A stretch of 41,220 nucleotides of DNA, from assembly GCA_018819345.1 (NCBI GenBank), contig JAHJQG010000036.1, positions 1-41,220 of the forward strand. The letters run 5' to 3'. The position numbers and the translations under genes are program-made. The DNA is from Nanobdellota archaeon. Lineage in GTDB: Archaea; Nanobdellota; Nanobdellia; Woesearchaeales; CG1-02-33-12. This document shows, in pieces, positions 28,728 through 37,839 of this stretch (within the stretch, counting starts at the first letter, position 1; each line of letters starts with the position of its first letter). Under the pieces are notes generated by a model. The model saw only the letters and a list, made by a program, of their open reading frames with translations. It was not told the DNA's origin and did not search any database.

Positions 28728-29219
28728 ATGAAAAAAGCACAAATCCATGGCCAGGTATTTATCTATATTCTAACCTTAATAATAACAGCTGCTATATTGC
28801 TTTATGGCTATAATGCAATAACAAGCATTAGCACTAAAGCAGAACAGGTTGAGTTTGTAAAATTTAAAAATGACCTAAAACAAGATTTTGAAAAAATAAG
28901 CACTGACTATGGCTCTGTAGAGGTAGAAACCTATTCTGTCCCATCAAAAGTAAAGGAAATCTGCTTTTACCAGGAGGGTGAGGATGTTGATTTTCATCCA
29001 CTTCCTGATGATTTAAATCCTTTAATAAAAGATTCAATATCTGATGAAACAGGCAATAATGTTTTTCTTGTTATTGGTGATGCAATAGAACCCATGAACC
29101 TTGGTAGGATAGAGATTAGCAATGAGGGCTACAACATGGTCTGCATAAAGCCAAGTGGAAACCGGCTTAAGCTAAGGTTAGAAGGCCGGGGAGATGGAGT
29201 TTTGGTTGAGAAAGCTTAA
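28728..29219 (+). CDS. Pilin-like protein
   Basis: MKKA/QIHGQVFIYILTLIITAAILLYGY. Confidence 0.8.
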   Translation: MKKAQIHGQVFIYILTLIITAAILLYGYNAITSISTKAEQVEFVKFKNDLKQDFEKISTDYGSVEVETYSVPSKVKEICFYQEGEDVDFHPLPDDLNPLIKDSISDETGNNVFLVIGDAIEPMNLGRIEISNEGYNMVCIKPSGNRLKLRLEGRGDGVLVEKA

Positions 29220-29258
29220 TTATTAAAAAATTAAAAATATCCTGAGGTGTATAAAAAA

Positions 29259-32204
29259 ATGGAAAATAAAATTTTAGGTAAAAAAGTAAGATTTTTTTGT
29301 TTTGCTGTGATATTGTTGATATTTTTATTGTCTATAATAACTTTGCCATTAGTAACAGGTTATGATGATCCTGGTCCTATTACACACAAGGAATGTGTAA
29401 ATGGGGAGTGCAAAGAGGTGTCTGGCTCCGGACGCAATACTTGCAAGTATGATAGTCAATGTACTCACAAGGAATGCGTAAATGGGCGTTGTGAAAGTGT
29501 TATTGGTCAAGGAATTAATAAATGCAATTATCCAAGTGATTGCAAGGATGAAGAAAAATGTTCCTGTATGGCTTGTGTAGGAGGCTGTGATCCTGGCTGC
29601 AAAATGCAGACCTTTTATGGAGATGACTGCCCTTGCGTTGATGACTGCTCCGAATGCGGCGGTGAAGGTCCTGACGAACCACTAGTACCAACACCAAAGT
29701 GTGGAAATAATATAAAAGAATATGGTGAAGAATGTGATGGCACTGATGTCGGTTACTGCACAAATGGTTGTGATACTAATTGTAAATGCAAACCCTCATT
29801 AAGTTCAGTATGCACAGACTCAGATAATGGAAAAGATTATTATAAAAAAGGAACAGGTGAAGGATGGAATACAGATACTGAAAAAGTTTCTTTTTACGAT
29901 ACTTGTTATAAAAGTTATTGGGCAAATTTAGTTGATTCTTGTGAAGGTAATGATTGTTATTTAGCTGAAAAATATTGTGATGGAAAATATGTAAAAACTG
30001 AGTTAAGTATACCTTGCCCTAATGGGTGTAATGATGGAGCATGCATAAAAGGAAAAGAACCTTATTGTAGTGCAATAGGAACAAGAAGTGAGGGTTGGTA
30101 TCAAAATAATAAATTAATTAAATGGGATAACTGTAAGGGATGTCACGCAATTTGTAAAGCTATTGGCACAAAATCAGAGGGTTGGTATAGTTCTTGCACA
30201 AACTCATTAATAAAATATGAGAAATGTGGTGTTACAATAACAAATTGTGTTGGAGAAGGTGAGAAAGGTTCTGTGTTTAATGCTGACCCTAATGATGATG
30301 TTTGTTGTGCAGGATTAGAAAAAATAAAGGATTCAGTTCCAATTTCATATCCAGTAAAAGGATGTGCTTTGAGTAGAAGTGGTTTTGTATGCACTAACTG
30401 TGGAGATGGCAGATGCGGTTTAGGAGAAAACTACTGCAACTGTCCAGAGGATTGTAAAGAAGAGGAAGAAATACCTTGTAACACACAAGAGATTTTTGCA
30501 AAATGTGATTCTCTTAAGGATAGCTATAAATCATTTTCTTGTAAGACAGTAAAACCATGTGGGCGCTATGTTCTGTTTAGTGACATAACAACAAGTTGCC
30601 CTGATATACTTTCAACCCCCTATTGCAGTGCAGGAGATTGCTATGGTGTGAAAAAAGATAGTACTGATGATCCTTCCCCACAACCAGAGTGTATAAAAGA
30701 GGGTGAATTGGGATGGCCTCCTGCTGTTTGCTGTAAGGGCCTTAAAAATGTGGGTAATTCTAAACCAGTTAATGGAGTATGTACAAGTTATAAGAATCCT
30801 AGTTTTGTATGCACAAAGTGTGGAGATGGCAACTGTGGTTTAGGTGAGAATTACTGCAATTGTCCAGAGGATTGTAAAGAAGAAACAATATGCACAGACT
30901 CTGATGGTGGTAAGGATTATTATGTTAAAGGAACAGCAAGTGGTGAAGCTTATTGGAAAGATGAATATGTAACTAAGACAGATGCTTGCTATAATTGCAA
31001 TAATTTAGCTGTTACATTTGATTCTTGTGATACTGGACCTGATTGTTGTGTTTCTGACTGGTATTGTAATATGGATGGTAAAGTATCTTCAGCATCTCTT
31101 AATTGCCCATATGGCTGTGAGGATGGAGCCTGTATTGAGGAAGGAACAGAAAAAATGAAGATTGATGGCAGATATTTAATACTAAATGAAAACTTCCAAG
31201 ATGATGTCTATTCATCACCTATTGCCTTTTACACAGGTGTTCTTCCAATTGGAAAGATAGTGAGAACATTAATTAACTTTGATTTAAGTGGTCTTGAAAA
31301 CAAGGAGATAAAAAAGGCAGGGTTAGTAATAAACAAGATACCAATGCTGCACGGAGAGGAATATGGAAAACAAACAACAGAAGTGCATAAAGTCATGGAA
31401 AAATGGTATTTCCACAGTGCAAGCTGGAACAATCAGCCAAGGTTTGATACAACAATAGTCAGTTCACAAGAGATAAATGAGAATGGAAAATATACATTTG
31501 ATATAACACAAATAATGGATTACTTAATCAAACATGAATCTGGAGTATTGCTCAAAGCAGAGAATGAAGAAGAAACTAACCTGAAGAAATTTGATGAGGC
31601 ATACCTAAACATCTGGTACACTGCAGAGGAAGAAGAAACAAAAAGCTGTAAAGAAATGGGTGGCAACTGCAGATATCTGTTTGGATGCAAGAGTGATGAA
31701 GCAGAATCAGACTATGAATGTCCATTCTGGGGAAAATGCTGCATGCCTTATGAACCTAAATGCATAGATGATGATGAGAACTGCCCAGATGGATGCACTA
31801 TAGAAAACGACAATGACTGTGAACCAGAAATTCCAGAAATATTTGATTGTGGAAATGCTGGTCCTGATAATCCTGATTCAGAAACAGCTGGTCAATGTTT
31901 CATAGAAAAATTTGATGAATGTAGTCCTGCAAATTATTCTGTTTCAATAGACCTTGGACCACTTGGTGGCTTAACAACATATTACTATGAAATAATTGGT
32001 CATGAGAATGAGCTTTGTAAAATGAAAACAAAATATCTTGCAGTTATAAATCCAGAATGGGTTGGAAAAGAAATGATTTGCAATTATAACAATTCCAAAG
32101 AACTTACAGAAGCTAGTCAAGAGGTTTTCGATAGTTTTAATGAAGATGAAGAATTAGGAGACTGTGAAGGTGCATTGTATTATCTTATTAAAAACCCAGA
32201 GTAA
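29259..32204 (+). CDS. Large Cys-rich modular surface protein with a DNRLRE-like domain
   Basis: Signal/TM N-terminus; duplicated modules HKECVNG, CTDSDxGKDYY, AIGTxSEGWY, CGDGxCGLGENYCNCPEDC; RTLINFDLS...SWNNQP...FDIT...GVLLK; ATG 29259 preferred to GTG 29247. Confidence 0.8.
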   Translation: MENKILGKKVRFFCFAVILLIFLLSIITLPLVTGYDDPGPITHKECVNGECKEVSGSGRNTCKYDSQCTHKECVNGRCESVIGQGINKCNYPSDCKDEEKCSCMACVGGCDPGCKMQTFYGDDCPCVDDCSECGGEGPDEPLVPTPKCGNNIKEYGEECDGTDVGYCTNGCDTNCKCKPSLSSVCTDSDNGKDYYKKGTGEGWNTDTEKVSFYDTCYKSYWANLVDSCEGNDCYLAEKYCDGKYVKTELSIPCPNGCNDGACIKGKEPYCSAIGTRSEGWYQNNKLIKWDNCKGCHAICKAIGTKSEGWYSSCTNSLIKYEKCGVTITNCVGEGEKGSVFNADPNDDVCCAGLEKIKDSVPISYPVKGCALSRSGFVCTNCGDGRCGLGENYCNCPEDCKEEEEIPCNTQEIFAKCDSLKDSYKSFSCKTVKPCGRYVLFSDITTSCPDILSTPYCSAGDCYGVKKDSTDDPSPQPECIKEGELGWPPAVCCKGLKNVGNSKPVNGVCTSYKNPSFVCTKCGDGNCGLGENYCNCPEDCKEETICTDSDGGKDYYVKGTASGEAYWKDEYVTKTDACYNCNNLAVTFDSCDTGPDCCVSDWYCNMDGKVSSASLNCPYGCEDGACIEEGTEKMKIDGRYLILNENFQDDVYSSPIAFYTGVLPIGKIVRTLINFDLSGLENKEIKKAGLVINKIPMLHGEEYGKQTTEVHKVMEKWYFHSASWNNQPRFDTTIVSSQEINENGKYTFDITQIMDYLIKHESGVLLKAENEEETNLKKFDEAYLNIWYTAEEEETKSCKEMGGNCRYLFGCKSDEAESDYECPFWGKCCMPYEPKCIDDDENCPDGCTIENDNDCEPEIPEIFDCGNAGPDNPDSETAGQCFIEKFDECSPANYSVSIDLGPLGGLTTYYYEIIGHENELCKMKTKYLAVINPEWVGKEMICNYNNSKELTEASQEVFDSFNEDEELGDCEGALYYLIKNPE
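30382..30883 (+). repeat. Intragenic direct repeat of about 82 bp (30382-30463 and 30802-30883)
   Basis: GTTTTGTATGCAC...TGTGGAGATGGCA...TGTCCAGAGGATTGTAAAGAAGA occurs twice. Confidence 0.85.
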
Positions 32205-32246
32205 CATTGAAAACCTTTATATACATCTTTTATATTTTTTAAATTT

Positions 32247-32708
32247 ATGATTAATAATCTATTGTATTTAATATTCATAACACTATTGCCTTTTCTTGAG
32301 TTAAGGGCAAGCATACCCTACGGCATTAATGTCTTAAGGATGCCCTGGCTTACTGTTTTCATAGTCTGCGTCATAGCCAACATAATCCTTGGAATCATTA
32401 TATATTTCCTGCTTGACAGGTTTGTCCATTTTTTCCTAAGATATAAAATATTCTCCATACCTTATAATAAAATTGTTGTGAGAACACAGAAAAAAATACA
32501 AAAATCTGTTGATAAATATGGTGAGTTTGGAGTTGCATTATTCATAGGCGTTCCCTTGCCTGGCTCGGGTGTTTATTCAGGAGCATTGGGAGCTTATGTG
32601 ATTGGCCTCAAGTTCAAAAAATTCATAATAGCAGACATAATCGGAGTCTTGATAGCAGGCATAATAGTAACAATAATAAGCACAGGTGTTCTACAATTAA
32701 TATCATAA
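32247..32708 (+). CDS. Small multidrug export protein family (COG2426)
   Basis: LPFLELRASIP and FIGVPLPGSGVYSG; TATA-like TTTATATA about 24 nt upstream. Confidence 0.88.
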   Translation: MINNLLYLIFITLLPFLELRASIPYGINVLRMPWLTVFIVCVIANIILGIIIYFLLDRFVHFFLRYKIFSIPYNKIVVRTQKKIQKSVDKYGEFGVALFIGVPLPGSGVYSGALGAYVIGLKFKKFIIADIIGVLIAGIIVTIISTGVLQLIS

Positions 32709-33271
32709 AAAAATATTATTGGGCAATAATAGCATTTGTTCTGTTGGTTAGTTTTTTAATTGATAATACAATATTAAAAATAATCCCTCTAATTAAAAAT
32801 CCTATTTTGAATTATCTTTCTGCATTATTTACAAATTTCAGCTCTGTATTTGTTATTATAATAGTTTTAATATCCTTGTTTCTGCTTAATAAAAAGAAGA
32901 GGAAATTGGCTTTGCCTTTGGGAATAAGCTTTATTTTTTCTTATGTGATAACCTATGTATTAAAGTTCATAATAGCAAGGCCAAGGCCTTTAGGCATTAT
33001 AAAAACCTTGCCATTAATAAACCTAATTGATTACTCTTTTCCAAGCGCTCATGCAGCTGTTGCCTTTGCAGCACTTCCAATCCTTAATAAAACATATCCA
33101 AAGCTGAAATGGCTCTTGATTTCATCTGCATCATTTATAGCATTTAGCAGGATTTATATAGGAGTTCACTATCTAAGTGATGTTTTGGCAGGAGCATTCA
33201 TAGGATATTTCACAAGTATTTTCATAACAAAGCTGAAAGAGAGAAAATGGAAATCAACAGGTTTGAGATAA
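32705..33271 (+). CDS. PAP2-family (polyprenyl-pyrophosphate-type) phosphatase
   Basis: KFIIARPRP, SFPSAHA, SRIYIGVHYLSDV; start uncertain (ATA 32705 or TTG 32744). Confidence 0.88.
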   Translation: MKKYYWAIIAFVLLVSFLIDNTILKIIPLIKNPILNYLSALFTNFSSVFVIIIVLISLFLLNKKKRKLALPLGISFIFSYVITYVLKFIIARPRPLGIIKTLPLINLIDYSFPSAHAAVAFAALPILNKTYPKLKWLLISSASFIAFSRIYIGVHYLSDVLAGAFIGYFTSIFITKLKERKWKSTGLR

Positions 33272-33840
33272 GAAGGCAGGCATTCCACATATGCCTTGGA
33301 CTAACAATTATTATTCTGTTAATTAACAATATATTAAATTCATTAATCCTGTTTATTACACTTATTACTGGGATTCTAATCTCTATTCTTAGCAAGAAAT
33401 TTAAGATTCCAGTAATCTATTCTTTTCTGAAGATATTTGAAAGAAAAGATACATTAAAAACATTTCCAGGAAAAGGAACTATCTCTTTTTTAATAGGCTG
33501 CCTGCTTGTTCTCCAATTATTTGAAAGAGATATTGCACTTGCATCAATAATGATACTGACTTTTGGTGATTCAATCTCCCACTTATTTGGCTGGTATCTT
33601 GGAAGGAAAAAACATCCCCTTAACTGCCTAAAATCAATAGAAGGAAATATTGCTGGCGGTATTACTGGATTTCTTGGAGCAATGCTCTTTGTAAGCCCCT
33701 TATCTGCTTTCCTGGCATCATTTGGGGCAATGACAGCAGAGGCTGTTGAATTAAAGATGAATAACAGGATAGTTGATGACAATATAATTGTCCCCTTAGT
33801 AGCAGGAACTATAATTTATTTAATGAGAATATACTTTTAA
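33247..33840 (+). CDS. Dolichol/phytol kinase-like membrane protein (SEC59/DGK1/VTE5 family)
   Basis: RRQAFHI, FGDSISHLFG, KSIEG, DDNIIVPL. Confidence 0.85.
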   Translation: MEINRFEIRRQAFHICLGLTIIILLINNILNSLILFITLITGILISILSKKFKIPVIYSFLKIFERKDTLKTFPGKGTISFLIGCLLVLQLFERDIALASIMILTFGDSISHLFGWYLGRKKHPLNCLKSIEGNIAGGITGFLGAMLFVSPLSAFLASFGAMTAEAVELKMNNRIVDDNIIVPLVAGTIIYLMRIYF

Positions 33841-33841
33841 A

Positions 33842-34858
33842 CTAATCCACAAGCCAAAGCTTTCCATCTGAAACAACAACTCTTACTTTCTGGTTTACCT
33901 TGAATTTCCTGTTCTTGATATTTTCTGGTTTTACAGACTGGAATGTCTCTGGGTGCAGTATTTCAACATGCGGAAAGACAAGTGAAACTATTGTTTCCTT
34001 AACCTCTTCAGCAGCCCTTATTTTAAGATGTTTTGGCATTATTGATGTTTTCTTTCCTGTTTTTATATTAATAATTGTAATATTTTTATCAATATTTTTT
34101 ACTTTGAAAAGCTCCCCATCTATATTTAGAATATCCCCTTTTCTGAATTTTGACTGCCTAAACAGCACATTTATCCTATAGATATCCCTGCTTCTCAGCT
34201 TGTCCCTTGAGAACAATTTTTTACTGGCTTTTATTTCACCACCAAACTTGTTCAAGAGTTCTCTGGCAAGCTCATGTATATAGCCCCTTTTTGTCAGGTA
34301 AATGTCAAATCCATTCCTGACTTTTAATTTTTTAGTTATAAAGATTCCCCTTTGATTTTGTTTCCTGGCCTCATCAACAGCATAATCTATTACTTCATCA
34401 TCAACATCCCTTAACTGCAGTATGCCCTCAAAATAGCCGCTTTTATGCCTGCTGCACCTTGGGCAAAGGATGAATATTACCTTTACTGAAAGGGCATATT
34501 CCTCTTTAACAGGCCTTTTCTTCCCAGGATAAGTGCCAAAAACAGTAATTTCTGTTTCAATATTTACTTTTACATTTGGCCCCTCCCTGTATTTTGGGAT
34601 TACTGGCCTGATTTTAAACGAATTTATCCTGGCATCATCATTAAACACTAATCTTTTTTGCACAATATCCTTGATTACATCCTCAAGCTTTCTAAATCTT
34701 GTCCATTTCCCCTTAGAGAAGTATTTACGGCAAAAGAAGCATACAAGAATCTTCACAGGCTTAAAAGATATTAATAAAGGATTCTTGTTTAGATAGCATT
34801 TTTTACAAAGGCCATCCAAAAATACTTCCTTTTTCCCGCATTCAGTGCATATTTCCAT
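33842..34858 (-). CDS. nmd3: Nmd3 family ribosome biogenesis protein
   Basis: Four CxxC pairs, YFEGILQLR, eIF5A-like C-terminus ILHPETF. Confidence 0.88.
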   Translation of the reverse strand: MEICTECGKKEVFLDGLCKKCYLNKNPLLISFKPVKILVCFFCRKYFSKGKWTRFRKLEDVIKDIVQKRLVFNDDARINSFKIRPVIPKYREGPNVKVNIETEITVFGTYPGKKRPVKEEYALSVKVIFILCPRCSRHKSGYFEGILQLRDVDDEVIDYAVDEARKQNQRGIFITKKLKVRNGFDIYLTKRGYIHELARELLNKFGGEIKASKKLFSRDKLRSRDIYRINVLFRQSKFRKGDILNIDGELFKVKNIDKNITIINIKTGKKTSIMPKHLKIRAAEEVKETIVSLVFPHVEILHPETFQSVKPENIKNRKFKVNQKVRVVVSDGKLWLVD

Positions 34859-34947
34859 GCTATAATAGAAATAGTAGTTGTATAAATAATTATTTGATTT
34901 ATCAAAACCGATAGTTTTTTATTTCTTTTGCTTAAAACTCTCACTTT

Positions 34948-35586
34948 ATGAAGAAAAAAACCTTAAAAAAAACATGGAAAAAGGTGTGGAACTTTATATG
35001 GGAGGATAACAGCATATGGAGCTGGATTGTGAATATTATACTTGCATTTATCCTTATAAAATTCATAGTTTACCCCGGGCTTGGTCTTGCTTTAGGAACA
35101 TCATATCCAATAGTTGCAGTTGTCAGCAACAGCATGGAGCATAACAACCTTAATTTTGATGACTGGTGGCAAAACAGTGAAGAATATTACTCAGGCATTG
35201 GAATAGTAAAAAGCTCATTTGAAAAATTTCCATTGAAGAATGGATTTAATAAGGGAGATATAATGATTCTCTGGAGAGCAAATCCTAACAACATCAAGAT
35301 AGGGGATGTAATCGTGTTCATAAGTGCCAGAACAAATCCAAAGCCAGATCCAATAATTCACAGGGTGATTATCATAGAAGAAAAGGATGATAACATAATA
35401 TATCAGACAAAAGGGGATAATTATGTCACCAATCGCCGCCAGATTAATGGATGCTTCTATGACGGCTGTATTTATGAGTCAGATATCTGGCAAAACCAGA
35501 TATTAGGCAAGGCATTGTTTAAGGTTCCTTACCTTGGCTACATTAAGATATGGTTTGTTGATTTATTAAATCTTCTTATTAAATAG
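34948..35586 (+). CDS. Signal peptidase I (archaeal Sec11/S26B type)
   Basis: VVSNSME, GDIM, PIIHRV, TKGDN, VPYLGYIK. Confidence 0.9.
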   Translation: MKKKTLKKTWKKVWNFIWEDNSIWSWIVNIILAFILIKFIVYPGLGLALGTSYPIVAVVSNSMEHNNLNFDDWWQNSEEYYSGIGIVKSSFEKFPLKNGFNKGDIMILWRANPNNIKIGDVIVFISARTNPKPDPIIHRVIIIEEKDDNIIYQTKGDNYVTNRRQINGCFYDGCIYESDIWQNQILGKALFKVPYLGYIKIWFVDLLNLLIK

Positions 35587-35595
35587 GAGGTAAAA

Positions 35596-35913
35596 ATGTT
35601 TTGTCCAAAATGTGGCTCATTGTTGCTGCCAAAGAAAATAGACGGCAAAAGAGTAATGGCATGCTCTTCATGCAGTTATGTAAGCAGGGACCTTGACAAA
35701 AGCAAGATTATTGAAAAAATTGTAAAGGAGAAGGAAGTTGATGTTGTTGAGGGTGATGAGTCTAAACATCTTCCTATAACAGAAGCTGAATGCCCTAATT
35801 GCGGCAATAAAAAAGCATACTATTGGCTTGTGCAGACAAGGGCAGGTGATGAGCCAGAAACAAAATTCCTTAAGTGCACTAAGTGCAACAATATCTGGCG
35901 GGATTACAGCTGA
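35596..35913 (+). CDS. tfs: Transcription factor S
   Basis: Two zinc ribbons CPKC..CSSC and CPNC..CTKC; QTRAGDEPET with intact acidic pair; SD GGAGGT. Confidence 0.93.
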   Translation: MFCPKCGSLLLPKKIDGKRVMACSSCSYVSRDLDKSKIIEKIVKEKEVDVVEGDESKHLPITEAECPNCGNKKAYYWLVQTRAGDEPETKFLKCTKCNNIWRDYS

Positions 35914-36155
35914 TGAAAGGAATAAAACAAGGCATAATCAAGGTTATATTAAAACCAAACTCTTCTAAGAATAAAATTAAAGAATTTGATTCTGAAAGAA
36001 ATGCCTACAGGATTGATATAAAAGCCCCTGCGCAGGATAATAAAGCAAATATAGAGCTTGTTAAGTTCCTTTCAAGAGCATTAAAGAAAGATATTAAGAT
36101 AATCAAGGGTTTCAAAAGCAGGGAAAAATTAATTAAGATTTCCCAAAGGGCATAA
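35913..36155 (+). CDS. DUF167/YggU (UPF0235) family protein
   Basis: VILKPNS, IKAPAQDNKANIELVKFLS, IIKGFKSREK; ATG 35913 overlaps the tfs stop. Confidence 0.88.
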   Translation: MKGIKQGIIKVILKPNSSKNKIKEFDSERNAYRIDIKAPAQDNKANIELVKFLSRALKKDIKIIKGFKSREKLIKISQRA

Positions 36156-37304
36156 TCACTTTTTTTCTCTTCTTTCACTCAGAAAAATTATAACTGCCAG
36201 AATAATAATCCCCAGCAGTATATTGTATTTGTAGGAGATTATGAAGCCAATGATTTTAGCCAGAAAATTTGAATAATAGAAAAAAAATATTAATAAGACG
36301 CCAATTAAAACAAACATATACTTAAGGAATTTGTTCCTCTTATCGGTTTTTTTCAGGGCTTTTGGCTTTTTCTTTTTTTTCTTTGGTTTTTCTCTTTTTT
36401 CAAACCATTCCTCTTCAGACTCTTCTTCTGTGAAAAAGTCAATAATTGCATTCCAGATTCTTTTAAGGATTGCCTGTTTCTTTCTTTTTCTGGGCTTCTT
36501 CTTTTTCTTAATTTTTTTAGGCTTTCCCCCTTTAGGTTCCTCTATTTCTTCTGTAAAGAAATCAACTATCCCGTTCCAGGCGCTTTTTAATGCGCCTTTT
36601 TCTTTTCCCTGGATTTTTTCTATCTCACTAATCTTTTTTTTATCCTCTTTTCTTATTTCAGGATGTTTTTTCAGAAAGTCAATTATCCTCCTGAACCTTG
36701 AATCAAGCCTGTTTAGGTTTCTCTTAAAATAATTATTTTCAACTGAATTTTTTCTTACTGACTGGATTTCCTGCCTCAAGTCAGAGAGCTGTTTATTGAA
36801 GTATGATTTATCAATGAATCTTTTTTCCAGCTCATCAAGCTCTTTTTTCATGCTGCTGATGTCCTGCGCTCTTTTTTTAATTCTTGCATCAAACTTGTTT
36901 GCCTGCATCTTAAATTCATTCACATCAACAACAGTATTTTTTAGATCTTCAAATTCTTTTTTGATTCCATTGGCTTTTTCAAAGCTCTTAATCATAGAAT
37001 TAATTGATTTCTTCAGCTTTAATGCTTCTTTCAGCTCTTTTTTTAGCTTCTCTCTTTTTTTTATCTCCCTTAAGACCCAATTATGCTTTTCATTTAAGGA
37101 ATCTATTTCGCTTTGAAAGTCCTGGTTTTTAACAAAATCTTCCCTTATCTTAGAGAGTTTATTGTTTATATCCTGGACAAGATGCTCCTTTTCTTTGGTC
37201 AGGTTAATTATATCCCTTTTTACTGCAGAAAAAGATGATTTCAGGTTTTTATTTAAATTATAAAGCCTTATTTCTATATTTTCCTCTTTACCCCCAGAAA
37301 CCAT
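36156..37304 (-). CDS. Coiled-coil protein with repeated WNxIxDFFTEE motif and two C-terminal TM helices
   Basis: LKSSFSAVKRDI N-terminus; K/E-rich; BRE/TATA AAAAGTTTATATA at 37330-37342. Confidence 0.75.
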   Translation of the reverse strand: MVSGGKEENIEIRLYNLNKNLKSSFSAVKRDIINLTKEKEHLVQDINNKLSKIREDFVKNQDFQSEIDSLNEKHNWVLREIKKREKLKKELKEALKLKKSINSMIKSFEKANGIKKEFEDLKNTVVDVNEFKMQANKFDARIKKRAQDISSMKKELDELEKRFIDKSYFNKQLSDLRQEIQSVRKNSVENNYFKRNLNRLDSRFRRIIDFLKKHPEIRKEDKKKISEIEKIQGKEKGALKSAWNGIVDFFTEEIEEPKGGKPKKIKKKKKPRKRKKQAILKRIWNAIIDFFTEEESEEEWFEKREKPKKKKKKPKALKKTDKRNKFLKYMFVLIGVLLIFFFYYSNFLAKIIGFIISYKYNILLGIIILAVIIFLSERREKK

Positions 37305-37375
37305 TTTTAATTTTAAAGTAATAATTAACTATATAAACTTTTCGATAGTTAAAGGTCAATAGGGCTTTTTATTTT
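37108..37375. repeat. Left copy of split direct repeat (37108-37235 and 37344-37375)
   Basis: Matches 39600-39726 (about 10-11 differences in about 128 nt by eye) and 39727-39758 (31/32 identical). Confidence 0.92.
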
Positions 37376-37479
37376 ATAAAGAACACACCAGTCACCTCTC
37401 CTTTCAGTTGTTATAAAACTAGTTTGATTATGTTATTTTAATTTGTGATTTACTGTTGGCAACATATAGTTCTCTCCTC

Positions 37480-37677
37480 TCAATATAAATAAGATTTTGT
37501 ATAAATAAGATGTTGCCTAGGTTTTATTTTATTATAAAATTGAGACTTATCTTTCCCACAGTGAATTACTTTAAACTTTGAGTTCATTGTTTTGATTATT
37601 ATATCTGCACCTTCCTTATGTTTCTTGATCTCCATAATTTCACCCTCAACTATTCTTTCTATTTGACTTGGATCCAT
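37480..37677 (-). CDS. Small hypothetical protein
   Basis: 65-aa ORF with SD-like GGGAG upstream; no family recognised. Confidence 0.45.
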   Translation of the reverse strand: MDPSQIERIVEGEIMEIKKHKEGADIIIKTMNSKFKVIHCGKDKSQFYNKIKPRQHLIYTKSYLY

Positions 37678-37839
37678 TTTATTCTCCCAGCTGCGTTAGT
37701 AGTGCTGTATTTTCCTGTTGATAAAGGAACTATCATCTATTTAAATATTTTTCTATTTAGTAGTGGTAATTTTTATAATATACGGTTTTTAGTTTGATTA
37801 AATATAAAAACTTAGGAAATATTTTAGTGTTATTGATTC

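Noticed and set aside
29385-30925. Repeats in the Cys-rich gene as a DGR template/variable pair or CRISPR
   Set aside because: They are in-frame coding modules, differences are not adenine-specific, and there is no reverse transcriptase or repeat-spacer periodicity.
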